Source: an uncultured Anaerococcus sp. (GTDB lineage: Bacteria; Bacillota; Clostridia; Tissierellales; Peptoniphilaceae). Taken from it: 64,000 bases of DNA. The DNA is taken from positions 4,925-68,924 of the forward strand of contig URUJ01000006.1 of the NCBI GenBank assembly GCA_900551095.1, read 5' to 3'. The notes beneath the pieces were generated by a model that saw only the letters and a list, made by a program, of their open reading frames with translations, did not search any database and had not been told where the DNA came from. The translations under genes were made by a program, and so were the position numbers. Of the stretch, positions 31,737-41,908 are shown piece by piece. How positions within the stretch are numbered: the stretch's first letter is position 1; every line of letters starts with the position of its first letter.

Positions 31737-32243
31737 TTAATTATAAAGTTCTTTTAAAAACCTTGTGCTCTTAAGCCTTGCCAATATTAGCAAAGCAATT
31801 ATAGTTCCTCCTGTAGTTGATATAAAAAAAGGCAGGATATAGGTATAAATAGCTAAAGATGCAGCAGATTTTCCCATAAGTAAGACTGCCACAGGGTAAG
31901 CTAGAAGACCACCTAAAATTGATGTGCCAAATATTTCTGCTATTCCTGTTAATGATAATTTCCTAGTCTTCTTATAAACTATCCCACACAAAAGCGCACC
32001 AACCATAGATCCAGGAAAGGCCATAAGACTACCAAGTCCAAGAGCGTTTCTTAAAAAAGAAGCTAAAAAAGCAATAACCACTCCATAAAAAGGACCAAGA
32101 CCTACCGCCGCAAAGATATTTACTATATGCTGAACAGGTGCACACCTGCTAAAAAATACTGGAAAAGAAAAAGTTGAACCAACAACAGCTAAGGCTACTA
32201 ATAGTGAAGCTGTAACTAACTTTTTTAGTTTTATATTTTTCAT
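31737..32243 (-). CDS. thiW: ECF transporter S component ThiW
   Basis: PVQHIVN, LRNALGLGSLMAFPGSMVGA, EIFGT; downstream of a TPP riboswitch. Confidence 0.88.
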   Translation of the reverse strand: MKNIKLKKLVTASLLVALAVVGSTFSFPVFFSRCAPVQHIVNIFAAVGLGPFYGVVIAFLASFLRNALGLGSLMAFPGSMVGALLCGIVYKKTRKLSLTGIAEIFGTSILGGLLAYPVAVLLMGKSAASLAIYTYILPFFISTTGGTIIALLILARLKSTRFLKELYN

Positions 32244-32271
32244 AATTCTCCTTCATAATGATATATCCAAT

Positions 32272-32300
32272 AAAAAAAGCTAACCTACAGGTTAGCAAAA
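32272..32300 (-). terminator. riboswitch-associated intrinsic terminator
   Basis: Minus strand GCTAACCT-GT-AGGTTAGC followed by T7, between the aptamer and thiW. Confidence 0.75.
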
Positions 32301-32310
32301 TTAATAAAAA

Positions 32311-32392
32311 ACTCCTTACGCCGGCATTACCCGTATCAAGTAAAGGGTCGAAGTATAACTTCCTCTCAGCAAATCCGCTCCCCTGGTAAATC
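32311..32392 (-). promoter_or_regulatory. TPP riboswitch
   Basis: Minus strand CCAGGGGAGC...GCTGAGAGG...GACCCTTTACTTGATACGGGTAATGCCGGCGTAAGGAG matches THI-box consensus; upstream of thiW-thiD. Confidence 0.92.
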
Positions 32393-32556
32393 TATTTTAT
32401 GATAAATAAGAGAGACTGTCAAATTATAAATATTATAATAATTAATCATAGCAAAGTAGAATTTTTCCTAATAACTTATATAACTATAGAACTTGTTAGT
32501 ATTAAGAGCATTAGGCATTAAAAAAGAAGCATTCGTTCTGATGCCTCTTAAATATT

Positions 32557-32642
32557 TGGTGCGGGATAAAGGAGTCGAACCTTCACGAGAAATTCTCACT
32601 AGATCCTAAGTCTAGCGCGTCTGCCAATTCCGCCAATCCCGC
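32557..32642 (-). tRNA. tRNA-Leu (anticodon TAG)
   Basis: GCGGGATTGGCGGAATTGGCAGACGCGCTAGAC-TTAGGA-TCTAG...GGTTCGACTCC...CCCGCACCA; long variable arm. Confidence 0.95.
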
Positions 32643-32643
32643 A

Positions 32644-32721
32644 TGGGGTGAGTAGTGAGATTCGAACTCACGCTCTCCTGGGCCACAACCAGGTGTCGTA
32701 ACCAACTGGACTATACCCACC
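32644..32721 (-). tRNA. tRNA-His (anticodon GTG)
   Basis: GGTGGGTATAGTCCAGTTGG...CCTGG-TTGTGGC-CCAGG...GTTCGAATC...CCCCA. Confidence 0.93.
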
Positions 32722-32940
32722 ACGTGTTGTTTCATCACTATTCATACTGACTATATTAGTATACAACTTTTATTTTATTTTGTCAAATAATTCTCATATT
32801 TTTTAATGAATTTCTTAATTTATTTCCTTAAGTCATTCCTACTGACAAATTATATAATACCATGATTTTTTAAATAATGCAAATTTTTTTAAGATTTTAT
32901 TTTTCTTATCTTTGCAGTAAAATATCTAAAGAGGTGAATT

Positions 32941-33042
32941 ATGAAGAATACAAGGAAATTTATTTTAAAAGTATTTGCAATAGTTATTGCTATAGCAATG
33001 GTCGCTCCCCTAGTATATAATGCTATCTTGTCCATGCAATGA
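32941..33042 (+). CDS. small single-TM membrane peptide (33 aa)
   Basis: RBS AGAGGTGA then MKNTRKFILKVFAIVIAIAMVAPLVYNAILSMQ*; stop overlaps the recX start (ATGA). Confidence 0.7.
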   Translation: MKNTRKFILKVFAIVIAIAMVAPLVYNAILSMQ

Positions 33043-33644
33043 TTATCGAAAATATAGAATATTCAGATAAGTACAATCTAATTAGGCTAACTATTTCCGA
33101 GGAAAAATTTTTTATAGACTATGATCTATATTATGAAAATAATTTTAACAAAGAGAAGGAAATAGATTTTGATACCTACAAAAAAATCCTAGCCAATGAT
33201 GAATTTAACAGAGCTAAAAACTTTGCCCTTAACAAAATATCTTATTCCCAAAAATCTACCTATGAAATAAAAAAGAAACTCAAAGAAAAGGACTTTTCTG
33301 AGGAGGTTATAGAAGATATTATTAAATTTTTAGATTCATATGGATTTTTGGATGATGCAGCTTTCGTAAAAAATTATATCACGGATAAGGATGAGATTTC
33401 TAAATGGTCTAGGGGCAAGATTAGGTATATGCTAAAAAGCAAGCATATTGATGAAAATATCATAGAAGATTATATTGGTCTTATTGATGATAGAAGAGAA
33501 ATTGAAAAAGCGGGTTTTTTTGCTGATAAAAAAATCAAAGATGATTATTCTTATGAAAACAGAGCCAAGGTTTTTAGACATCTTGCTAGCAAGGGTTTTG
33601 AAATTGACATTATTAATCAAGTTTTAGATGAGAGATTTAACTGA
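33039..33644 (+). CDS. recX: recombination regulator RecX
   Basis: ALNKIS..KSTYEIKKKL, YGFLDDAAF, KIRYMLKSKHI, RHLASKGF. Confidence 0.85.
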   Translation: MIIENIEYSDKYNLIRLTISEEKFFIDYDLYYENNFNKEKEIDFDTYKKILANDEFNRAKNFALNKISYSQKSTYEIKKKLKEKDFSEEVIEDIIKFLDSYGFLDDAAFVKNYITDKDEISKWSRGKIRYMLKSKHIDENIIEDYIGLIDDRREIEKAGFFADKKIKDDYSYENRAKVFRHLASKGFEIDIINQVLDERFN

Positions 33645-33898
33645 TGCATTTTGTCTATATCTTAAGGTGTATAGATGGTTCTTTATACACGGGCTATACA
33701 AATGACGTCTATAAGAGATTAAAAACCCATAATTCTGGTAAGGGAGCGAAGTATACCAGAGCCAGACTTCCGGTAAGTCTTGTTTACTACAAGCGAGTTG
33801 ACAATAAGTCCTTTGGTCTTAAGCTAGAATCTAGAATTAAAAAACTTACAAAAAAAGAAAAAGAGGCTTTAGTCAAGCAATTTAACCTAAGAAAGTAA
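33644..33898 (+). CDS. GIY-YIG nuclease family protein (YazA/UPF0213-like)
   Basis: FVYILRCIDGSLYTGYTND...HNSGKGAKYTR. Confidence 0.92.
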   Translation: MHFVYILRCIDGSLYTGYTNDVYKRLKTHNSGKGAKYTRARLPVSLVYYKRVDNKSFGLKLESRIKKLTKKEKEALVKQFNLRK

Positions 33899-34813
33899 AT
33901 TTCTTTCTGTTAAATTTGCTTTTAGACTATTGCCTCTTCTTTTTATTGAAATTTCAAAAAGCCCCATCTCAGTAAAGCCAAAAATTTCTATTTCTAGTCC
34001 ATAATCTTTTGCACTTTTTTCAAAGGCCTCTATTATTCTTCTTACTCCGTCTGACCTTAGAAAATCAATGACAACCATTCCGCCGATATTTCTTAGTTTT
34101 AAATTATAGACTATAAAGTCAATTAATTCTAAGTTTATATTTAATAAAAAATCTTTTTTCTTAAGTTTTGATTTTCTACTACCTGTATTAACATCTATTA
34201 CTGTCAATGTTTTTAATTCGTCTATTATTATTGATAAATCCTTATAGAATATTTCCGACTGATTTAATTCACTTTTCAGCTTTGTAAATTCTATAGAATT
34301 TCTTATATTAAATTCTTTAACTTCATAATCATTGAATTTTTCTAAATATTTTGATCTCACGGAATTATCTTTTAGAAGTTTTGGGCTTGGAAAAAATTTC
34401 TCTTCGTTAATTAGTCTTTCCTTCTCCTCTATAATTTCCTTATACAATATATCATCTTTTTTTCCGCTCTTTTTTAACTTGGGTCTTTTTCTAAGTGGAT
34501 ACCTTGTTAGGGTGTAGGAATTATTTTCAATGAAAAAATTTTCGCTAGCAAGTCCCAGCTTACCATTTGCCGGCTCTCTTACATATTGGATAATTGCATT
34601 ATCCCCTATTTTATAATCTAGAGTTGATTTTAGAAATACACTTTCTTTATCAGAAATTTTTACAAAGTAGGAGTTTAAGCTATCGATTTTATTTTCTACT
34701 TTTCCCCTATAGATATTATGAAGAAGAGAGTCATAGAAAATGACTTCCATGACTCTCTCATCTTTTACTCTCATTAAAATTTTTTCTTTTTTATCATCTA
34801 GGATTATTTTCAT
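33887..34813 (-). CDS. ribonuclease E/G family protein (short)
   Basis: NIYRGKV S1-like start, LTVIDVNTG, LRNIGGMVVIDF. Confidence 0.85.
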   Translation of the reverse strand: MKIILDDKKEKILMRVKDERVMEVIFYDSLLHNIYRGKVENKIDSLNSYFVKISDKESVFLKSTLDYKIGDNAIIQYVREPANGKLGLASENFFIENNSYTLTRYPLRKRPKLKKSGKKDDILYKEIIEEKERLINEEKFFPSPKLLKDNSVRSKYLEKFNDYEVKEFNIRNSIEFTKLKSELNQSEIFYKDLSIIIDELKTLTVIDVNTGSRKSKLKKKDFLLNINLELIDFIVYNLKLRNIGGMVVIDFLRSDGVRRIIEAFEKSAKDYGLEIEIFGFTEMGLFEISIKRRGNSLKANLTERNLLS

Positions 34814-35433
34814 TTCTTAAATATCCTTTTGATTTTTTCGAAAAATCCAATATCTGCTATCGGCTCTGCTTCTCCTTTTAGAAGATTATCTATTATTTTT
34901 TTGAAATATTCATTTTCCTTAACAAAGCCAAGGTATTTAGCAGACTTGCCTAGAAGTTTATCTTTTATAACTCTAGGGTCAAAGTTATCATCCATTCGGT
35001 TTATAAAATAATAATCTGCATGTATATCTTTATCTAGATCGTCTTTGTCTACAATTTCAATTTTAATAGCATCTTTTATAGCAAGGTCAAGATTATCTAT
35101 TATTAAACAATCGTAATCAAGTTCATCTATTAACCTATAAACATCATCTACTCTAAATTCATATTTATCTTCTAAAAGTGGTGCGATGATAAAGCTTAAG
35201 TTGGCATTTTCTCTAACCATCACTCTTTCTAGTTCACATACTCCTAGAAAATAGTCTGAAATATCGTAGCTTACCATTCCGTCTTTTTTGTAGTAATCTT
35301 CTATATTTGATTTTTCACTTCTAAAAAATGATGTTAATAGAACTCTCTTTTCTTCAGAAAGTCTCTCTGCCAGGTTAACCGCAAAGTCAGTTTTCCCTAT
35401 GTTATTTTTTCCGTTTATTAGATATATTTCCAT
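34810..35433 (-). CDS. divergent MinD/ParA-like ATPase
   Basis: INGKNNIGKT (degenerate GKGGVGKT), position after PBP2, C-terminal GFFEKIKRIF amphipathic helix typical of MinD. Confidence 0.65.
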   Translation of the reverse strand: MEIYLINGKNNIGKTDFAVNLAERLSEEKRVLLTSFFRSEKSNIEDYYKKDGMVSYDISDYFLGVCELERVMVRENANLSFIIAPLLEDKYEFRVDDVYRLIDELDYDCLIIDNLDLAIKDAIKIEIVDKDDLDKDIHADYYFINRMDDNFDPRVIKDKLLGKSAKYLGFVKENEYFKKIIDNLLKGEAEPIADIGFFEKIKRIFKK

Positions 35434-35443
35434 AATTTCCTCT

Positions 35444-38400
35444 TTACTGTTGGTCCTCACCACTTGTAGATTCTCCTAATTCTTGGATGTCTTCAGCAGT
35501 TGGTTGTGCATTTATCATCTCAACATTTAAGTCAAAATACCTAGCTACAATATCCCTCATTATAGGAGATGCGTTATAAGAAGTATCTCCCTGGGTTAAT
35601 ACTATAGAAATTGCTATTTCTGGTTTATCATAAGGTGCAAAACCAACCATCCAAGCATAGGTATCGTAGTCTGTCCCGTCTGGGTTTTTTCCCTCAACCT
35701 CTGCTGTTCCTGTCTTTATACCAATATCTATAGGTAGTTGGTTTAAGACAGCATTTTTCTGGGCAACAAGTAGGGTTCCGTATTTAATATCTTCAAGATA
35801 TTTAGTATCCTTAATATCTATTCTCTCGTTTTCTGGAACATTTTCAAATAGAACTTCACCTGAGTCATGATTTTTGACCTTATTTATTAGGGTAAATTTG
35901 TTTAAATATCCACCATTGGTTAAGGTTGCTATAGCTCTATTCATCTGAATAGGTGTATAGGAGTTTTGACCTTGACCAATTACGATATTAAGCATATCTG
36001 TGATATCCCAAACAGCTTGGTTTAGATAGGTGTACTTGATTGTATCAGCAAGCCCGTCCCTGTGTCCTTCTGGAACTATTAACGGATCATAACCTCTTTC
36101 GTCAAAGAAATCAATTATTGCCTTCCTAGTCCAATCCTTAGGATTGTCAGTAAATTTAACTATATCTGTAATATCTTGTTCGTACTCATCTCTTGTTTTC
36201 TTTGTTCCTTCTTTGATAAAAAGGGTAAGATTTTTATCTAAGTAGTCTTTTAACATGAGTTTTGTTACTTCAACTTTTTTACCTATTGATGGCACATTTC
36301 CCTTTGCTTCCCTTGGGATATCTATTTCAATTCCTGTTTGTTCATCTAATCCTAGCATCTCACAGGCTAGTCTAATATCGTTTAATTCTAGCTTTGTTGT
36401 TAGTGAATCTCCATCTTCAGGATTTTCTCCAAGGGCTAGGGTGTAGAAATAATAGTTACATGAATCTCTTATAGCTCCATATAAGTTTTCCTCACCGTGA
36501 GTTGTTCCACTTTCTGTATAAACAAGGCAAGAAAATCTCCTATTTCCGATCTCCATAAATCCATGACAGTTATTTATAGCAAGTGGATCTAGACCTTTTT
36601 CTAAGGCTGCAAGGGCTGTTACTAGTTTAAAGGTAGAACCAGGCATTACCGCAGTTTGGGTTGCTATATTTAGCATTGGCCTAGGGGCAAGAGGACCTTC
36701 GCTTTCTTCAACCTGAAGGGCTTGCCAATCAGAACTTGAAATTCCTGTAGAAAATAAGTTTGGATCATAGTTTGGATAAGAAGCAAGAGCTAAAACCTCA
36801 CCAGTTTTAACATCACTTACAACAACCGCACCACTTTCAGCATGGGAAGCCATCTTAAAAGGCCTAAATGAACCGTATTCTGATTCGTAAAAACCACTTT
36901 CTCTTAAGGCTTCTAGTACTCCTTTTAGTGAATCTTCAGCTTGTTTTTGAAGCTTGGCATCAATTGAAAGATACACATCATCACCTGGCTCTGATTTTGT
37001 CTGAGAAATTGTCTCTCTCCTATTTCCAGAAGAATCTACTGTCACAAGAGACCTGCCGTTTTTTCCCTTTAGATTATCTTGATAGGATTCTTCTATACCA
37101 GTTTTGCCTATTATTTCATCTCTCAAGTAGGCTCTTTCTTTAACAAACTTGTCTACTTCTTCTTTTGTAGCTATTGGTCCCATATAACCTAAAACATGAC
37201 TTGCTAGATTTCTATTTGGATAAGATCTAATTGGTATAGTTTCCACTACAATTCCTGAAGCAGAATCAATTTTTTCTTCGATTTTTAAAACTGTTGACTC
37301 GTCAAGGTTATATACTATATTTATAGGTCTATAACCAAAAGAACCTTGTCTATTTAGAGTATTGTCGATTGTTAGTATACCAACCGCTTCAACATCGTTA
37401 TAAGAATCAAGTCCGCTTACCTTTTTTAGATATTCCAAGATTTTTTTGCCATCTTTTTCATTCATAAGAATATCTACAATAGTCTTTGTAGAATTTGCCT
37501 TATCTTTGTTCGCATAATGGGTATAAAAATCTTTTTTATCTATAGTAAAGGTGTATTTCCAATCATCTGGATCATCTTCTGTTATATCAATATTTGGGTA
37601 AATATTATTTCTAGTGTTGGCATTTTGTGCCATATATTTTACATATTCAGATAAAAGTAATGGTTTTATCAACCCATGTTCATCAGCAAGTCTAGCTAAT
37701 TCATCAACAGCAGAACCCGCTTGTGGGTTTTTAAACCTTAAATCAACTGAATACTGATTCTTATCGTCCTTACTTTCTGTGATAACCTCTGTTTCAAAGT
37801 TTGCATATATTCCCTTGTTTTCAAGCTCTTCTATTAGCATATTGGCAGGAATTATGTATGCTCCATTATCATCTACCATAGCTGAAGTAAGGACATCTTT
37901 GATTGTCGCTTCTTTGACTATCTCATAGAAATCATCACTAGCCTTGGAATCAAGTGTGATATTTTTAAAAGCCTTGTGGAGTTTTGCTTTTTTTTCAATT
38001 AAATCCTGGTCACTTTTTAGAGCATAAGAATCCATTGTTAGATTTCCTAGAAGGTCATTTGCATCCAAAATCCTGTAGGCAAGAAGCCTAGCATGGGAAT
38101 TTTGTAAGATAGATAAAAGAACCGACTTATCTTCGCCGACAGATTCTATAATTACATCTATTGGATCGTCGTCTTTTTTGTAACCAATCGAAGAAAGTTT
38201 CTTCTCATAATTCTTTTTATATTCTACAACAAGTTTGCCATTTTTCTGGCTTATATGAGCCGGCACATCTATTCCTCTTTTTTTAAGGGCAAGGATGGCT
38301 GTGTTTAAGGTCTCATACTTTATGCCGTCTTCTTCGTAAATAGATAACAAAAACTCTTCTATAAGTTCATTATCAATTAGCTTGTCCACGACATTTTCCA

Positions 38401-38806
38401 TTGGCATTTCTTTTTTCTTAAAATAATCTTTTTCGTTTTTATATTTAAAGGTATTAAGTTTTATATTGAAATCTTCAGTATAGTTAACTCCGTCTTCTTC
38501 AAGTATATCCACAAGATCTGCAATAAGGTTCATTCTTTTATCATCATCTAGGCTCATTAATTGATCTTTATAGAGTTTTACAGCAAAAGATGGGACAGAT
38601 GTAGCTAAAATCCTACCGTTTCTATCGTAAATATTTCCCCTACTTGCAAGTTCATCTACCTCTTTGACTTTCCTATTATCAGATAAGTCTCTGTAATAAT
38701 CTCCCTTTGATATCATTACATTAAAAAGCCTAAAGACAATCACAAAAATCGCCAAAACTACAACAGCTTGTATGAAAATGAGTCTGTTTTCTTTTTTATT
38801 TCTCAT
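35444..38806 (-). CDS. class B penicillin-binding protein (PBP2/MrdA-like), enlarged
   Basis: N-terminal TM, RGNIYDRNG, GKTGIE, PGSTFK (SxxK), SCN, KTGTAE; follows mreD. Confidence 0.9.
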   Translation of the reverse strand: MRNKKENRLIFIQAVVVLAIFVIVFRLFNVMISKGDYYRDLSDNRKVKEVDELASRGNIYDRNGRILATSVPSFAVKLYKDQLMSLDDDKRMNLIADLVDILEEDGVNYTEDFNIKLNTFKYKNEKDYFKKKEMPMENVVDKLIDNELIEEFLLSIYEEDGIKYETLNTAILALKKRGIDVPAHISQKNGKLVVEYKKNYEKKLSSIGYKKDDDPIDVIIESVGEDKSVLLSILQNSHARLLAYRILDANDLLGNLTMDSYALKSDQDLIEKKAKLHKAFKNITLDSKASDDFYEIVKEATIKDVLTSAMVDDNGAYIIPANMLIEELENKGIYANFETEVITESKDDKNQYSVDLRFKNPQAGSAVDELARLADEHGLIKPLLLSEYVKYMAQNANTRNNIYPNIDITEDDPDDWKYTFTIDKKDFYTHYANKDKANSTKTIVDILMNEKDGKKILEYLKKVSGLDSYNDVEAVGILTIDNTLNRQGSFGYRPINIVYNLDESTVLKIEEKIDSASGIVVETIPIRSYPNRNLASHVLGYMGPIATKEEVDKFVKERAYLRDEIIGKTGIEESYQDNLKGKNGRSLVTVDSSGNRRETISQTKSEPGDDVYLSIDAKLQKQAEDSLKGVLEALRESGFYESEYGSFRPFKMASHAESGAVVVSDVKTGEVLALASYPNYDPNLFSTGISSSDWQALQVEESEGPLAPRPMLNIATQTAVMPGSTFKLVTALAALEKGLDPLAINNCHGFMEIGNRRFSCLVYTESGTTHGEENLYGAIRDSCNYYFYTLALGENPEDGDSLTTKLELNDIRLACEMLGLDEQTGIEIDIPREAKGNVPSIGKKVEVTKLMLKDYLDKNLTLFIKEGTKKTRDEYEQDITDIVKFTDNPKDWTRKAIIDFFDERGYDPLIVPEGHRDGLADTIKYTYLNQAVWDITDMLNIVIGQGQNSYTPIQMNRAIATLTNGGYLNKFTLINKVKNHDSGEVLFENVPENERIDIKDTKYLEDIKYGTLLVAQKNAVLNQLPIDIGIKTGTAEVEGKNPDGTDYDTYAWMVGFAPYDKPEIAISIVLTQGDTSYNASPIMRDIVARYFDLNVEMINAQPTAEDIQELGESTSGEDQQ

Positions 38807-38814
38807 AAAACCCT

Positions 38815-39306
38815 CTAAATTCTATAAGTTGGTATATACATTACTTTTTTAATTATTTCATAGTAAAGTAAGTAAATAACTGAATTTAATATAGCTTCTA
38901 CTAGTAATTCCAGCCCCAAATACCCACTTATAGATGTTAGGCTCTTGCCAAAAATATAATATATACCATTTACTAATAAGAAGTTAAAAACAGTTGCAAT
39001 TACAGAAATAATTAGGCCTGACTGCTTATCCTTAGAAATCTTTATAATCTCACCTGATGACAAAACTCCTATAAGATAGTAAGATAAGGCTCTAACTCCA
39101 ATAAGACTTGTAAAAAGAAAGTCTTCGAAAAGACCTACAATAAGTCCTCCAACTCTACCAGTTTTATTTGGCAAGATTTGGGAAAGGGCTATGGTTGCAG
39201 GAATTATTATATTTAAATTAGCTCCTAGTATATCAATCTTAGCAAAAATTGAGGTTTGTAAAATAAAACTGATTAATAAAATTAAAAAACTTTTAAATTT
39301 ATTCAT
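38815..39306 (-). CDS. mreD: rod shape-determining protein MreD
   Basis: Hydrophobic 163 aa, GLFEDFL..GVRALSY; after mreC. Confidence 0.85.
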   Translation of the reverse strand: MNKFKSFLILLISFILQTSIFAKIDILGANLNIIIPATIALSQILPNKTGRVGGLIVGLFEDFLFTSLIGVRALSYYLIGVLSSGEIIKISKDKQSGLIISVIATVFNFLLVNGIYYIFGKSLTSISGYLGLELLVEAILNSVIYLLYYEIIKKVMYIPTYRI

Positions 39307-40201
39307 GTATTTCTCCCTCCCTTTGCCTTTTTTCTTTTGTGACAGGTTTTTGATCTGGTGAATAAGTAGAATCGTGTTTTAGTACTAGGACCCTATAAAG
39401 ATGGGAAAAATCCACTGGTGACTTAATTGTAATGTTTTTTCTTAGTGAATCTTCACTCATAGTCACTGTTGATACCCTACCTATGTAGATTCCATATGGA
39501 TATATGCCACCAAGTCCACTTGTTAAAAGAATATCTTTCTCGTTTATCTTACTTTCTAAGTCTATCATATAGCCTTGGATGGTGTTTTTATTAAAAAGAT
39601 CTATTACACCGTAATCACCAGAGTTAGCATTTACGAAGGATACATCATTTTCGTTTGAATTAATTGTTTCCACCCTGGCAGTTGTTTTATAAACTTCAGT
39701 AACCTTTCCGACAAGACCTGTATAGAATTTGCTGTCTCCTACAGCTTGGAGAATGATATCATTTTTTTCAATTCCATCTACTTCTCCCTTATCAATACTA
39801 AAATGAGTTGTCATTGAGTTTACATCAGTGTTAATCAATTTTGCTTTTATATATTTATTTTCACTTCCATTAGTAGCTTCTGCTTCTTGTTTTAGGAAGT
39901 CTTCTCTATTTATAGTTGCAAGAAGTCTTGCATTTTCTAAAACTAGTGACCTATTATCTGCCTCTAGTTTTAAAACTTTTTCTCGAGTTTCTTTTGAGCC
40001 TATTGTTCTTTCAGTCTGCTCAATAATAGCAGATGATATAGAATAAGTCACCTTCTCTATAGGCCTTAAAACAGAGCTAGCAAGGTTTGAGCCCGTTTTT
40101 GATAAAGCCTCTGTTTGACTTGAAATAAGTATAAGTAGGCTCAGCCCAACTACTGTAAATATAAATGGTTTTTTATCTTTTTTAACTCTTTTGTATGCCA
40201 T
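39299..40201 (-). CDS. mreC: rod shape-determining protein MreC
   Basis: TM plus coiled coil, IDKGEVDGI, GLVGKV, TSGLGGIYPYGIYIG. Confidence 0.92.
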   Translation of the reverse strand: MAYKRVKKDKKPFIFTVVGLSLLILISSQTEALSKTGSNLASSVLRPIEKVTYSISSAIIEQTERTIGSKETREKVLKLEADNRSLVLENARLLATINREDFLKQEAEATNGSENKYIKAKLINTDVNSMTTHFSIDKGEVDGIEKNDIILQAVGDSKFYTGLVGKVTEVYKTTARVETINSNENDVSFVNANSGDYGVIDLFNKNTIQGYMIDLESKINEKDILLTSGLGGIYPYGIYIGRVSTVTMSEDSLRKNITIKSPVDFSHLYRVLVLKHDSTYSPDQKPVTKEKRQREGEIHE

Positions 40202-40207
40202 AACTAC

Positions 40208-41218
40208 CTACTTACGATATTTTAAATACTTATCTGGGTTTTCTAAAATTTGTCCTGCTCCTAGGATAGCATCAGTTGATGGGTCTTCAGAGTGGTAAGA
40301 TTTTAGTCCTATTTTCTTTTCTATATATTCGCTAAGGCCCTTTAATTTTGATAAGGAGCCTGATAAGGCAAATCCATCCCTTTTTATATCTGAGGAGATC
40401 TCTGGAGGTGTTTTTTCTAGTGCCTCAAGAACCATTTCACATACCTCATCAGCGAAAGGTAAAATACATGATACTAGTTCATTTGACATAACATTTACAG
40501 TTTTTGGCCTTGCGTCAATTAGGTCTCTACCATTTACAGCCATTTCATTGTTCCCATCTTTTATTTTTAGCGATGCGAGGTTGATTTTTACTTCTTCAGC
40601 TGTGTTTTTACCTATTTCTAGTTCCTTTTCTTCTCTAAAATATTCAACAATTTTCTCATCTAGGTAGTCTCCACCCTTGTTAATTGTAGCAGAAACAACT
40701 ATTCCATTTAAGGATATTACAGCCACTTGGCTTGTACCAGCCCCCATATTTATCATCAAAATTCCTCTAGGTTCATCTGGTGATAGGTTCATCCCATAGG
40801 CTGCTGCAAGTGACTCATCAACTAAAATAATATCCCTGCTTCCAGCATGAAGGGCAGCATCTTCTACAGCCCTTTTTTGGATATCGGTAATTCCTGATGG
40901 GACAACTATCACTACCCTTGGTTGGATTAGACTAAACCCAACATTAACTTTATCAAAAAAATAATTTAGCATGGCTTCGGTTAAGTTAAAATCAGTTATA
41001 ACTCCGTTTTTGATAGGTTTTACCACTTGAATATCATCGTGGGTTTTTCCAAGCATATCCTTGGCCTGTTGACCAACTGCTTCAACCTTGGTGTGATTTT
41101 CATCAAGAACTAAACTTGATGGCTCGTTAATTATTAGGCCCTCGCCTTTTTTATATACTAAAATATTGCTAGTGCCAAGGTCTATGGCAAAATCAGTAGC
41201 AATCATTTGAAATTTCAT
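40208..41218 (-). CDS. mreB: rod shape-determining protein MreB
   Basis: AIDLGTSN, NEPS, PIKNGVITDF, LAAAYG, GAGT, TPPEISSDI. Confidence 0.93.
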   Translation of the reverse strand: MKFQMIATDFAIDLGTSNILVYKKGEGLIINEPSSLVLDENHTKVEAVGQQAKDMLGKTHDDIQVVKPIKNGVITDFNLTEAMLNYFFDKVNVGFSLIQPRVVIVVPSGITDIQKRAVEDAALHAGSRDIILVDESLAAAYGMNLSPDEPRGILMINMGAGTSQVAVISLNGIVVSATINKGGDYLDEKIVEYFREEKELEIGKNTAEEVKINLASLKIKDGNNEMAVNGRDLIDARPKTVNVMSNELVSCILPFADEVCEMVLEALEKTPPEISSDIKRDGFALSGSLSKLKGLSEYIEKKIGLKSYHSEDPSTDAILGAGQILENPDKYLKYRK

Positions 41219-41227
41219 CCTAAACTC

Positions 41228-41908
41228 CTATATATAATTATCTTTTTTTAAACTAACATAAGTGCCATGACCGATAATTAGATGGTCAAGCACATTAATA
41301 TCAAGGATTTCTCCTGCGTTTATGAGCCTATGGGTTATAAGCAAATCCGCCCTTGAAGGACTAGGATTTCCAGAAGGGTGGTTATGGGCAAGAATTATAG
41401 CCTTGGCTGACTTTTTTATTGCCGTCTTAAAAACCTCTCTAGGGTTCACTATGGAAGATGATAAATCACCAATCGAAATAAGTTCTTTAGAAATTACTTG
41501 ATTCTTATTATCTAGTAAAATTACGTAAAAATGTTCCCTATCTTTTAAGCAGAGGGTATCTTTAATAAATTCATACGCTGCTTCGTTTGAGCTTATCTGA
41601 TATTTTTCCTTATTTAATATACTTTCCTTAATTCTTTTTCCTAATTGCAGGCTTGCTATAATTTTAGATGCTTTCGCTTCTTTTATTCCCTTTATTTTTG
41701 TTAGCTCTTCGACCTCTATTTCAAGGAGAGCTTCTTCGCTAAAGGTGTTTAAAATTTCCTCCGCAAGTTCAATAGCATTTTTCTTATCAGTGCCTGTAGA
41801 TATAATAATAGCTAAAAGTTCCTTTTCGCTTAGGCTATCGTGACCCAGTTTTATCAGTTTTTCTCTAGGTCTATCTATTAATTTCATATCCTTGATTGTT
41901 TGGTTCAT
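41228..41908 (-). CDS. radC: RadC family JAB-domain protein
   Basis: RPREKL, VNPREVF, AHNHPSGNPSPSRAD, LDHLII. Confidence 0.95.
   Translation of the reverse strand: MNQTIKDMKLIDRPREKLIKLGHDSLSEKELLAIIISTGTDKKNAIELAEEILNTFSEEALLEIEVEELTKIKGIKEAKASKIIASLQLGKRIKESILNKEKYQISSNEAAYEFIKDTLCLKDREHFYVILLDNKNQVISKELISIGDLSSSIVNPREVFKTAIKKSAKAIILAHNHPSGNPSPSRADLLITHRLINAGEILDINVLDHLIIGHGTYVSLKKDNYI

Noticed and set aside
41228..41908. radC as a mobile-element anti-defence gene
   Set aside because: Full-length chromosomal radC in its usual position upstream of mreBCD.
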